From NCBI GenBank assembly GCA_012295275.1, contig CM022679.1, positions 27,776,001 through 27,840,000 of the forward strand: 64,000 nt of DNA, written 5' to 3'. A program made the position numbers and the translations under genes. Each line of letters opens with the position of its first letter. Positions within the stretch are counted from its first letter, which is position 1. Of the stretch, positions 39,296-62,739 are shown in pieces. The notes below the pieces were generated by a model that had not been told where the DNA came from, did not search any database, and saw nothing but the letters and a program-made list of their open reading frames with translations. This DNA is from Chrysomallon squamiferum. Lineage: Eukaryota > Animalia > Mollusca.

Positions 39296-40073
39296 TACAC
39301 TTAAAAAGACATAGGTCGGTAGGTCTTTTAAACAAAATGTGTTTGTTTGTTTTGTTTACTATTTACTTGAACTTTCGCAACACAGTTTTTTTTTCTAAGT
39401 TTTTTAAATTTATTTATCTATTATAATTGTAGAACGCTCCTGACGGACATACGAATATACAAATATGCACACGTACACGCACATATACTCACATACATCA
39501 TATATTCCAATACTTCAGAAAGTGATCCAACACTGAAGTGGCTATAACTTCAAAAATGAAAATTTAATTTGTTTCATTACAAAGAAAAAATAAAATTATA
39601 ATGTTATAATCGGAGATGATTAATGAAATATTTAATAATTCTATCTTTTCTGTAATTAGATTGTTTGTAACAACAAATTCTAACTCTGCCTTTCGTAACA
39701 AATTTAAAAAATCCACAAACGAAACAAAACAATCAAGTCTTAGAAACAGTTTGACATTAATCTTTATGTTTTAATTGCATTAACTGCCTTAACTGACCAA
39801 AACAATACAGATTTAGATTATAACACTAAAATGTTTTCAAAAAATCGTTTATCGTGACCTGAGCCGTGGCAAACACAGTGACATACAAACATTGATTACA
39901 GGTTCAGGAAAAACTGGATATATTTCAGAAGTATACTGATTTCTAAATTAACTGCTAAACAAACATAACTAGCTCATTATTAACTTAGTTTGTACAAACT
40001 TTGCTGACGCTAATGATGAAGTGTCCGTTTTATATCTCTTCTACAAATTTTCTTTTCAAATTGTATAACTCGT

Positions 40074-40174
<101 letters not shown>

Positions 40175-41339
40175 CTTAAGAAATGAACTGCACTGAATAT
40201 ATATATCCCAGTCTTTCTACCTGTGTAACAAAGAAATCAAGGTGTAAATTTTTATTGACAAATGTTTGACAAAATAATTACCATTGGTTATAAAATTGAT
40301 TCGATTCCTCGTTAATTTTGTTGAAAGTAGGATTATGGGATTTTAAACTTAGTAGTTTACACCTCCTCAAAAATTCAGCTATAAGGCAAATAAACATATT
40401 TATTACCGATAACTGGACAGTATAATACTTATTTATTTAAAACTAAACCACAATAAATAAAAAAGCAAATCGTAATCCTTATATTATGACATAATTAAAT
40501 TGTTTATTAACACTGGAGAAAACAGGTGTCATTTACGAGGTTTAACACACCTGTGTCTGAAGTAAACATTACTGTCGCAAGGTAATCAGACAAATCAAAA
40601 ATCAAAATGTGCGAGACTGTAATGAAAACGTCACTGTGAAACTGTCGTCAAGATAACAGTATTTTACATACGTTCATTTTCATTGTGGAAAATAACACGT
40701 TTTAAAACATGTAAAATTGATAAAAAGCTAACAGTATTTCTTATGTTTTCAAATTTATTATTGATCATGTTTTTATAATTAATGACACGTTTTAAAACTC
40801 ATGTTCTGTAATATCGCCATAGTTACTTAGACAGTGACACGTATAAAACTGTAATTTAAAGCTGTCGCTTTGGAAACAGTAATTTCATATTGTACCGACT
40901 CGTATAACTGAATTATAAACTGTTAATGATATATTTGTTTTTAGTATGTAATTAAAACATCGAATAAATTAATTCATGATTAATCTTGTAATTTAAACAA
41001 AAACAAAATTGTAATTGTGATATCATTTAATTTATTATTACTAATAATTGTATTTTTGTATGGTAAGCAATAATGTTAATAATAAAAACAGCAGCGTACC
41101 AGGTGTAGTAGTACTAGTAGTAGTAGTTGTAGTAGCAGCAGCCGCGCTAGTAATAGTAATAACAAATTTAGTAGTAATGCCATTAATAGTACTGTCGTAA
41201 TAATAATATTAGCACTACTAGTGGTAGTAGTAAGAAGAGAGGCAGGAAGTGTGTGTACAAGTTTGTATCTGAGATTGTTTAAACTGTACGTTTACTGACA
41301 CTGCTAGCTCTGGACAGTAATTCACACAAATAAGTAAAT

Positions 41340-48460
<7,121 letters not shown>

Positions 48461-48807
48461 GGAAAATGCTACGTGCTGATTATGTATTTATACTGATAAA
48501 ATACATTACTAATTTTTTGTGTTTATTTTTAAATAGTGAAATAAGTAAAGGCTTGACAAGATGTTTTTGCTGTATTCACACAAAAGTTTGACAGCGTGTG
48601 ATCATGTCTGACTTTCGCTGTACAGAAGTTAACACAGCAGGTGACAAATCAAGAGAAACCTTGAGTCTCCCGCGATATTATTAAAGTCGCCATATCACAT
48701 AAGATTAAATATATTTTCTAAAAATTGTCTTTGAAAATTAACATCGTTTTGTACGAATGGAGACAAAATTTTCACAGTAATTAAAAATGAATATTTTGTG
48801 CATAATC

Positions 48808-48897
<90 letters not shown>

Positions 48898-49282
48898 GTA
48901 TAGGTTTAGATTTCACTATACGCTACAGTGAGTATGATCTAATTCAGCTAATAATATACACTATAAAAACCATGCAGAGACATGTTGATTTTAACACGTT
49001 CTGCGTGTGCACAATTTGGTCTTATTACGATGATTAACGCATGCACTAAACTGTGAAGTTCGGGTCATTTATTCTGCATGTTAATGACGTCCTTAGATCT
49101 GACTACCGAAATTTAATACACTGCAAATTAAAACTTGAATCCATTCACGTTAGAGAAATAGGGTAACAAAAGTCCAATGTAGTGGCGAAGACGGGTAAAA
49201 TAATGATTTATGGTACTATTTTGAAATAAAACTAATATATTTTCTTTCTTCATACCTATTTGTTTTCATATACGAGTTACTG

Positions 49283-49364
<82 letters not shown>

Positions 49365-49383
49365 TACTTTCTTTCTCTCTCTC

Positions 49384-49511
<128 letters not shown>

Positions 49512-49637
49512 GATGTGCGTCTGAGTATAATAAACTCGACATTTAAACATACAGCAAACTTAGGTTTATAAACTTAAGCTCACAGCTACTACAGTGTAGT
49601 TGTAAATTATACAAGTTTACTTGTTTGTAATGTCCTC

Positions 49638-49797
49638 CATTACACTTCAAGGTGTTTGCCCAGCCGTGTAATACACAAAATACATGACCTGCGTGACCCT
49701 TCTATCATACATACATACATACATACCCGATAGAAGACCGTTATTTCACGGGTCTTTAAGTGTATTATAGCAAGACCGCACACCTCTAAGTGTAATG
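49638..49797. mobile_element. Degenerate foldback/palindromic element with central (CATA)n, MITE-like
   Basis: Nested inverted repeats cattacacttcaaggtgt/acacctctaagtgtaatg (16/18), taatacac/gtgtatta, cttctatc/gatagaag. TSD not resolved. Confidence 0.6.
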
Positions 49798-49896
49798 TAC
49801 AAGAAAATAAATGTATATTTCACAACTTTAACATGAAACAGATATAATCGAATGTTAGGAAATTATTATTTTAATTTTTATTATTAATATTATTAA

Positions 49897-49927
<31 letters not shown>

Positions 49928-50852
49928 TATTATTATTATTAAAGTTTAATTTTGCACCGTTCGTCTGCAGACTGGTCTTTTATTAATTAAATAATTTAAT
50001 ATCTGTACATGTGCTTGTGCATATGCTGTTTAAGTAACTAATGCCTCTATGTGTCGGTATACAAATGTGTGGGTAGAGTAAGCCGTGTAATGCAGTGTTT
50101 GATATAACTGAGTTCAACTGAATGTACAAGTCCAAACAAGTCGATGCTTTATTTCTCTGTTTTACATCACCACAGACAATATCAAGAGGTCTTATGAGTT
50201 GCAGAGATATATATGTTTGTGTGTTTGTGTGCGTGTGTCGGTATGTGTGTGTGTGTGTGTGGTAGTATATCAGATTTACAAAAAAAAAAAAAAAAAACAA
50301 ACAACAACCAAACAACTAGAATATAACATGGTTCATATAAAATATTTACACAATTGCTTAACATATACACTCACACGTACATACATACATAAATGTATAC
50401 GTGCATACATACATACATACTTACATACATACATACATAGATACATGCATGCACGCACGCATACTAACGCACATATACAAGAAAACGAATGTATAATGAG
50501 TACGTGTTATGAAGCACGTGAATCACACACACAGGCAATGTTAAATGAACAAACCTTACACAATGCTCTCTAAGTATGTAACACGGAAGAAAAGACCAAC
50601 ACTTTTCTTAAATCTTTCACAGTACAAATCTCAGATGAGATTAAATAATAAACTTCTTACTAACAGATAATCTCACTGATTATTATCAAGGACTGAAATA
50701 AATTACAGATCCTATAAACCCTATTACAGACCTTTGACATTTACTTTTTTTCTCTTTACACTTTTTTTAAAACTTTTCTTCAAGCTATACGTTATGCAGT
50801 ATTATACATTGTGATCCAAGTACATGTGGTTTTTTTTTGTGTTTTTTTATAG

Positions 50853-50890
<38 letters not shown>

Positions 50891-50929
50891 TGATGAAAAG
50901 AAAACGAACAAGACAAAGAAAATAAAGAA

Positions 50930-51005
<76 letters not shown>

Positions 51006-51249
51006 TCATTGCATTGCGTTAGAATTAATAGATATTTTATGTAATTTACATTAAAATTATCGTCATAAATTAGATTATTAGAAACAATATACTGCTGCAT
51101 ATAAAGATGTATTCACAGGTATGAACGATTAGTTTTGTTTTGTCAGTATATTATTGATTACGTGTTGTTAGTTTTTACATTTATTCCGAATTTCAATCAA
51201 TATTTCGCTGTCAAGTATTTATTAGATAAATAAAATAAATATTTGCACA

Positions 51250-51460
51250 GCGAGGTCAAATAACTGATGTTTACAAAATATTCAAAGACTCAGACAACCA
51301 CGTGCTCACGAGTCTCAGCTGTTTACTCGGCTGCCATTGGTGGCACAAATAACAACCACTCAGCCAATCAGAGGCGGCGAAAATATTTATGAGGATTTAC
51401 ATTGTTGCTAAGCTGATTGGCATTGTAGCGGGGATGTATATAGCTAGCCGGCGAGTAATT
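51250..51460 (+). promoter_or_regulatory. FoxJ1 proximal promoter
   Basis: Three CCAAT boxes (attgg 51336, ccaat 51364, attgg 51416), two TGTTTAC forkhead sites (51268, 51320), E2F-like gcggcgaaa (~51374), TATA-like tatatag (~51438), upstream of a strong gtaagt donor at 51655. Confidence 0.65.
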
Positions 51461-51464
51461 ATTC

Positions 51465-51654
51465 CTTCAAACTAACCCAGGTCAATCTTTCCTCTCCCCA
51501 TCACTTCATCATCACTGACATTATCATCAGCTGGTTTGTTTCAACAATTCCGTTCCGTATTAATCTGTTTGGCTGGCTTTGCAATAATTTCTGTTTTCTA
51601 CTGTGGATATACACACACACTGGAAATCACCGTATATCCTAATTTAAACTGAAT
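51465..51654 (+). other. FOXJ1: Probable non-coding first exon of FoxJ1 (start approximate)
   Basis: Donor gaat|gtaagt at 51654/5; acceptor tttcacag at 52195, 16 nt before the ATG. Confidence 0.55.
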
Positions 51655-52211
51655 GTAAGTAAAATTTATTGTTTTATTTCTTGCATTCACTATGTTTATG
51701 TAATTAGTGCTGACATCGTGTCGTGTTTCTGATCTGACTAGTTGTAATTAGAATTCAGTTATGAGTAACTCAAACTTGATGAGCTTTGTCAGGTGGCTGA
51801 CATGTTTGGACGAGACTCACATTAGAGCGGCGTTGTGGACGTTGTGACATGTCATATAAGGTGTCGTGATTTCTGCTCATTTTAGTTAGTTGTGGTAATG
51901 ATGGACAGCAGAATTCTGAATGTCAAACTGATGACACTTTTTAATTAAAAATAGTTTGTGTTGCTTTACAAAGTACTGACACACCGGTATAAAAGGGGGG
52001 GTTGAATAAGGTATGGACTATGGTCGACAGTATGTTGTTATAATAATATTAATACTTGCTAAAATAACATTTATTTATCTTTTATCATCATCATCATCAT
52101 CATTCATTTTACTACTATTAATATTTTTGTTGTTGTAGTAGTTGTTTTTTGTTGTTGTTGTTGTTGTTGTTATTATTATTATTATTATTTCACAGATAAC
52201 TAACAGTCATC

Positions 52212-55166
<2,955 letters not shown>

Positions 55167-56679
55167 GAAAGAAAAGAACAACTTCACTTTACAGAATCAT
55201 TTTCATTTAAAAACACAAACAATAACTGCTCAATTCCAGGGTGGTCAGTAAGGAGGTAATACACATAACAATACACCCACTGCTCACTTCCTGTGGACAG
55301 TACTAAAATGAATTGTGTGACTCATGCTCAAATTTCAAGAAGGTCAGTCGGTCGGTGGGTGGGTGGGGGGCAATAAGACTGTTATGAATTGAAATCTGTG
55401 ATATTGGTGGGGGGAGGAATATACTTGTGAATTATGTGCTAATAACTAACCTGTGATAAGTTTGTTTTTGTTAACCTTACAGCATTACTACTGTAATCCA
55501 AAGATATAACACATTGTTTTAAATGTAAAGTACTATTCAAGTAATAGTACTAAACACAATGTATTATAAAAGGAATAGTACTAAGTACATACTACTATTC
55601 AGTCATGTTAAAAGCAGTTTACTATACAAGTAATAGTATCAAACACAAAAAGTGTTTTTAATTGTTAAGCAGTTTAAGAAGTGGTGGTTATATATATTTT
55701 TTCTAATACTTGAATATTTTTAGTATTATTACCAATAACTGGAAAAAAGAAAAAAAAATTATTTTTATTTAACATTCCACATTTTACAGCATTATTTGTG
55801 ATAAATACATTTACTAGGAATGTAAGAAAATATTTTATAGCATTTGTTCTTGCTACATGAACTTTTATCTGATAATATTTGTTACAAATTCCAGTATTTT
55901 TATTACTATTACTATTTTAACATTCCAGAAGTATTCTGTGAAATAAGTCTATTTGTATTCCAAGATTCTCAGTATTCATTTCACTGAAAGCCACAGTATT
56001 GTTTTTGATTGCAGTATTTATCAGATATTTACAAATAATGTTTAACTCTGTTTTGTATTCTAAGATATTTATTGGTATTCATAGAAAATCCGTCCATATG
56101 AAATATGTCTACTGTTAATTTTCTCGGAATTGTTATCAGATTCAATGTGTTGTTGTCATTGTTGTTACAAAATTTTGTTGTTTGTTGAAAATATCCACTG
56201 CTGACTTATTTCTGCAAGAAATCTGTTACCAGGAATATCAGGAATATATTTACATGCTGTAATTTAATTTCAAAAGAAAAACACACACAGATACCCACCC
56301 ACACACACACACATACAAACATGCACACACACACACACACACAGAAAACATTAAATAGTTTGAAATTGTTAAAAGTATTATAGAATATGTGTTACAGTCA
56401 TATTGACACCCGTCCATTATTAAAACATTTTATTTATATTTCATTGTCTTACAGATTTCTCAGTAATCATAGAATGTGTGTGTGTGTATGTGTGTGTGAC
56501 TTACATTTCCTTTCACTTTTGTACGTAGATTGAAAGATATATATTATTTTGTATATATGAGAATTTATTTATATTGTAAATAATGAATATACAATAGAAA
56601 TATTGTTGACACAAATGACTTTGTTTCTTTTTTTGATGATAATAATAATAACAATAGCGATAACAACAACAACAACAAC

Positions 56680-56773
<94 letters not shown>

Positions 56774-56864
56774 GTAATAATATCTTGTAATCCTGACAAA
56801 AATCAGTAAATTAACCATGCCTGAAACAATGTTCACACAAAAAAGAAAAACAAAGTCAAGTACA

Positions 56865-57236
56865 TCTAAATGTGACTATACATCTACTACTCACTGTATC
56901 AAACTAAATGTGACTACATCTACTACTCACTGTATCAAACTAAATGTGACTACAACTAAAACTAAATATGACTACATCTACAACTCACTATCAAACAAAA
57001 TGTGACTACATCTACTACTCACCATCAAACTAAATGTGACTACATCTACTACTCACTATCAAACAAAATGTGACTACATCTACTACTCACTATCAAACAA
57101 AATGTGACTACATCTACTACTCACTGTATAAAACAAAATGTGACTACATCTCCTACTGACTATCAAACAAAATGTGACTACGTCTATTATTCACTGTATA
57201 ACATAAAATGTGACTACATCTACTAAAATGTGACTT
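56865..57236. repeat. ~33-35-bp minisatellite (~11 copies)
   Basis: Unit aaatgtgactacatctactactcac(tg)tatcaaac(t/aa). Confidence 0.92.
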
Positions 57237-57950
57237 TACATATATATGTGTGTATGTGTGTGGGTTCATACACACACACACACACACACACACAACATAT
57301 ATATCACCCTGACATATAACTATCAGTGTAGCTAATAAAATAGTTTATAAAATATATAAAACTTGCAGAAACACATATGAACAAGGCTCATATAAAAAAA
57401 GTTCTTTATGGTGAACTGATCTTGTGATATCAAGCAGGCCATGAAAATGCACATACATACACAAACACACAAAGACACATAGATAGACACATACTCAGAC
57501 ATATAGCAAAATACACATATACATACAGATACCCACATATCAGCAGACACACAGACACACACACAAACATATACATACATTAATTAATGTATAACACAAA
57601 ATATAATCATTGGATGTCATGGTTGAATGAACATGGTCGAGGGTGCGTGAACACCAAGTTAGCACTAAGCAGTGTTTGAGTATATCATAGAGATAAGCTG
57701 TGTTTGTATAGGTATGCATATATTTAAATACTTTACTGTGATTTCTCTTTGTCAGACAGTAGCCTGGCAACCATCCACTTGTCTGTATGTGTGTGTGTCC
57801 TCAGACAGAGGAATCCAGCAACTCATTCAACTAAACTGAGAATTGTTTTAAATAAAGCTGAAAACAAAATGTCAGTAAATGTGAAATTCAGAAGAGGATT
57901 ATTTCACAGTTATGAAATCATTAGCAACGACTCAAATGAAATTATGAAGA

Positions 57951-57985
<35 letters not shown>

Positions 57986-58761
57986 TATACTACTACTATT
58001 ACAACTGATAGTAATAAAAATATTAAAAGAATAAAATACTATTACTACTACTACTTCTTCTACTACTACTACTACTACTACTGCTACTATTATTACTATT
58101 ACTACTACTACTACTACTAATAATATTAATATGATACATGTACATCCATCTGTACATATACAAGATATAAAAGAAAGGGGAAAAGAGAATTTATTTTGAT
58201 TGAACTGGTTCAATTAGCTCGCTTGATGTTCTTTTTAATTCAGATTTGTGATCTCAGTTTACAATTACATTTTCACATTAATTCTTTTCACTGGTTGATA
58301 ATTAATTTTCACATTAATTGTTTAATTTGTTAATCATTCATTTTAAGTTTTCTTTTCACTTTTTAGAAATGAACCACCCACTGTTTCTCAGGTTTCAATT
58401 TTATTTTCATTGTTTGAAACAGAACCATTCTGTCATTATAGGTTTCATATTAAAATATTTACTTTACACCCCACAGTGAAGGTTTTTGTGATTAGATCTG
58501 TGTAGAAAAACCTCTGTGTCTACAGAGAAGTCTACAGAGTATCAGGAAAGATTAATAAGTAATAACTTTTAGATAAAATAGTCTACTGTGAGTTTTCTCT
58601 CAAAATCTACACGATCTTGCTCAACACACATTCTCATGATTTTTGTTTTAAAGAGGATTTTGTCCTCAGCAAAAGAGTTAAACCTGTCTACAAACATATT
58701 TACTAGCACATTTTAAAATTTCATATTGCATTTAATAACAACATTTTAATTTAATTTAATC

Positions 58762-58797
<36 letters not shown>

Positions 58798-59901
58798 TAT
58801 TAATCCCCCCAAACCCTCCACAACCCCATTATTTTTGTGTTTTTAAAATTAAAATTACTTTAATATTTAATAATCAGTACAACACTCTAGACATTACTGT
58901 AATTCAGATGTATCATGTTTATTTATAAACATACCAAATGAATGCTGTTTCCATGACAACAAGTTTATGGTATTTTTGTTAGTTATTGAATATGTGTTGT
59001 CCTCTGTTTCTGATAATCAGTCTTTCTTTTTAATTTGAAAACACTGACAGGTCTTTATAATGAATTTATATTAACTTGTTACTTTTATTTATCATCCATT
59101 GTCATGAAACTTCCACTGTTTCCATCTCCTTTTCATCTATATGTCTGTTATGCTGTCTGTGTGTCTGTCTCTTCATCTAAACTGGTGTAAGACTCTAGTG
59201 ATTTAATTGCGACACTGTTGATAAGACAAGTGTTTACACGATAATACAGCTAATGTGTTTCTTCTGTTTTGCTTATTCGTCTTTACATAACACTTCACAG
59301 ATCATCATGTTTTACAAGTCACAAATGGCTTCCCTGCTGTTTAGCCATAATTTACTTGTCATGTGTTAATGGAAGTATTATTATCCAAACAACTAATATA
59401 CCATTGTTTTTTTTTCACAGCTTCATTTCAAGATGGCCTCCTTGCTGAGTTGTCATAATTTGTTCTTCACAATGTTTGTAGTGAGACGTGTTAAACAGCT
59501 CAGTGATCAGCTGACTGTACTACCCAGCTTCTGATCACTGGCTCTTCAAAGAGTTCAATTCAAAATGGCTTCCTTGCTGTGATGTCATAATTTGTTTATC
59601 ACTTTTGGGAAGGTGTTAATGTTAGCATGAACAAAATGTCTGCACATTTCAAAATGGTTCCCTGTTGTGACTTCTATCTTCACACACTGTAAAGCATGTG
59701 ATACAGACACTACTAACTTGACAACTGGTACACATTGTTTCTAATGAGGAAGCATTTAAAAATGTCTTGCCACTTTATCAGAACTTGTCTAAACTGGTTT
59801 TCACACCATTATCTAAACAACTATCATACAGTGAAAGAGAAAATGCTATGAAATAAAAGCTTTGAAACAAAGCTGCAGTGACATAATTTATCTTTTAAAT
59901 C

Positions 59902-60012
59902 TCTGATACTATTAACTAGACAGCTGATACTATTACCTAGACAGCTGATACTGTTAACTAGACAACTGATACTATTAACTAAACAGCTAATACTTTTAAC
60001 TAGACTATTGAT
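59902..60012. repeat. 21-bp minisatellite x5
   Basis: ctgatactattaactagacag; produces the VNSISCL repeats in ORF 59824..60036. Confidence 0.9.
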
Positions 60013-60044
60013 ATGCAAGAAGTACGGTTCACACATGCTATTAA

Positions 60045-61532
60045 AAACTGTACATCTAGTGAGAAGGATCTATACATACAGTGATAAATAAACTGTACAT
60101 CTAGTGAGAAGGATATATACACAAAGTGATAAATAAACTGTACATCTAGTGAGAAGGATCTATACATACAGTGATAAATAAACTGTACATCTATTCAGAA
60201 GGATATATACATACAGTGATAAATAAACTGTACATCTAGTGAGAAGGATCTATACATACAGTGATAAATAAACTGTACATCTAGTCAGAAGGATCTATAC
60301 ATAAAGTGATAAATAAACTGTACATCTAGTGAGAAGGATCTATACATAAAGTGATAAATAAACTGTACATCTATTCAGAAGGATATATACATACAGTGAT
60401 AAATAAACTGTACATCTAGTGAGAAGGATCTATACATAAAGTGATAAATAAACTGTACATTTAGTCAGAAGGATCTATACATACAGTGATAAATAAACTG
60501 TACATCTAGTGAGAAGGATCTATACATACAGTGATAAATAAACTGTACATCTAGTCAGAAGGATCTATACATACAGTGATAAATAACTGTACATTTAGTG
60601 AGAAGGATCTATACATACAGTGATAAATAACTGTACATTTAGTGAGAAGGATCTATACATACAGTGATAAATAACTGTACAGATAGAAGGATATATACAT
60701 ACAGTGATAAATAACTATATATAGTGAGAAGGATATATACATAAAGTGATAAATAACTGAAAAGACAGTCAGAAGGATCTATACATACAGTGATAAATAA
60801 CTGTATATATAGTGAGAAGGATCTATACATAAAGTGATAAATAACTGTACAGATAGTCAGAAGGATATATACATACAGTGATAAATAACTGTATATATAG
60901 TGAGAAGGATATATACATAAAGTGATAAATAACTGTACAGATAGTGAGAAGGATATATACATGCAGTGATAAATAACTGTACAGATAGTAATAGTGGATT
61001 GTACAGATAACGAGAATGAATGATACATATGCTGATAAATAATAATACATATACTGATAATGACTGTACAGATGAGAAATATACTGATAGCGAGAAGGGA
61101 ATGTACATACAGACATAGAGAAATGTACAGATAGCGAGAAGAGAATGTACATATAGACACAGAAAAATGTACTGATAGCGAGAAGAGAATGTACATACAG
61201 ACAGAGAAATGTACAGATAGCGAGAAGAGAATGTACATACAGACATAGAGAAATATACAGATAGCGAGAAGAGAATGTACATATAGACAGAGAGAAATGT
61301 ACAGATAGCGAGAAGAGAATGTACATACAGACAGAGAGAAATGTACAGATAGCGAGAAGAGAATGTACATACAGACAGAGAGAAATGTACAGATAGTGAG
61401 AAGAGAATGTACATATAGACAGAGAGAAATGTACAGATAGCGAGAAGGGAATGTACATACAGACCTAGAGAAATGTACAGATAGCGAGAAGAGAATGTAC
61501 ATACAGACCTAGAGAAATGTACAGATAGTGAA
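60045..61532. repeat. Composite 45/44-bp satellite with two related subfamilies
   Basis: aactgtacatctagtgagaaggatctatacatacagtgataaata (60045-~60985) then tgtacagatagcgagaagagaatgtacatacagacagagagaaa (~61065-61532). Confidence 0.95.
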
Positions 61533-62702
61533 ATAGGTAATGCATATCATCTACTTTGATTAGCAGCAAAATTCTGTTATTTATGGCACAGTATCAGTCC
61601 TTAACACTGCACGGTTTATTTTACAACATGTTCTGTGTCCTAAGACTGTTTATCAGTGACCAAATGACCACAGTGACCTGTACTTGGGAGACCTTCAAAC
61701 TGCTCCCAATATTGGCCATGAACAGAGGATTAACTCCCTTGCTGTATTAATAAGATTATTTCAGCCGGATTGGAATACAACAGTTTACAGTGATATACTG
61801 TTTATATCTTTACACAGTCGAATTGAGAAGTTGTCTGGGTGTGACACAGTGATTAGTAACGTCTGGTTAAAACAAGAAACATGAAGCACGACTCTTATTT
61901 TTACACACACACACACCCATCACAAAAAAGTATTTGACATATAAAAATCAGTAATTGAATGAAGAGCAATACTTGATAACAATGAAGTGATCACAATAAA
62001 TGGTTTATATCAGACTATGCAAATCTACACAGTTCAGATTTAATGGTTGACTGAACACAGGCAATGTTAACCTTACACACCTTCATACATATCTGAACCT
62101 TGGAAAACAAGGGCCAGAGAAAGAGGGTGGCAGACTATTCTTAACTTAGTTAAAAGGTAAATTTATAGTAAGTAAAAGAAACAAACACTCCAAGGAAATA
62201 ATCGAGTTCAAATCTCCAGACCGGACTGTTGTACATGTTGTTTTTTGTATCTAGATGTTGTGTAAATATTACGTAATTTGTAAACACGGAGACATGACCA
62301 GTACTAGCTGGACTGTTTTCACTTCACTGTACGTAAACAAACAGTGATTACTAATGAATGTAATCTACATTTATCAAAGCAGAAAAATCACAAGTTACAT
62401 TTTGCAGAAATCACCAACTGATTGCACATCTAACAATTTTATCTTGGTTTACTAACTTGACTTTAACAAAAAAAAATCTTCATTGCAAGTGTACACTTAA
62501 TATTTATAGATACATCATAATAATAGAAAAAACAAATCTGTAAAACAATTCATAAAAAGGGTAGCTATTTATTTAAAGCAAGGTAAACACACAGGGACTG
62601 GAGGTTGAGATATGAGACCGTGATCTCCTGGGCTGATCCAGGAAACAATACTGAACACACCTCACAGGTACCTGGAAGGGTGATCATGTTACCTGATCAA
62701 GG

Positions 62703-62739
<37 letters not shown>

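Noticed and set aside
50075-50122. Tigger-like terminus cagttgaactcagttatatcaaac on the minus strand
   Set aside because: No partner TIR or TA TSD found, so not called as an element.
57540-57830. Minus-strand ORF with upstream in-frame TGA as a selenoprotein
   Set aside because: No family similarity, no redox motif, a TAG lies 10 codons further up, and no SECIS identified.
60639-61502. Long minus-strand ORFs (287, 211, 185 aa)
   Set aside because: Translations of the 44/45-bp satellite, open in all three frames.
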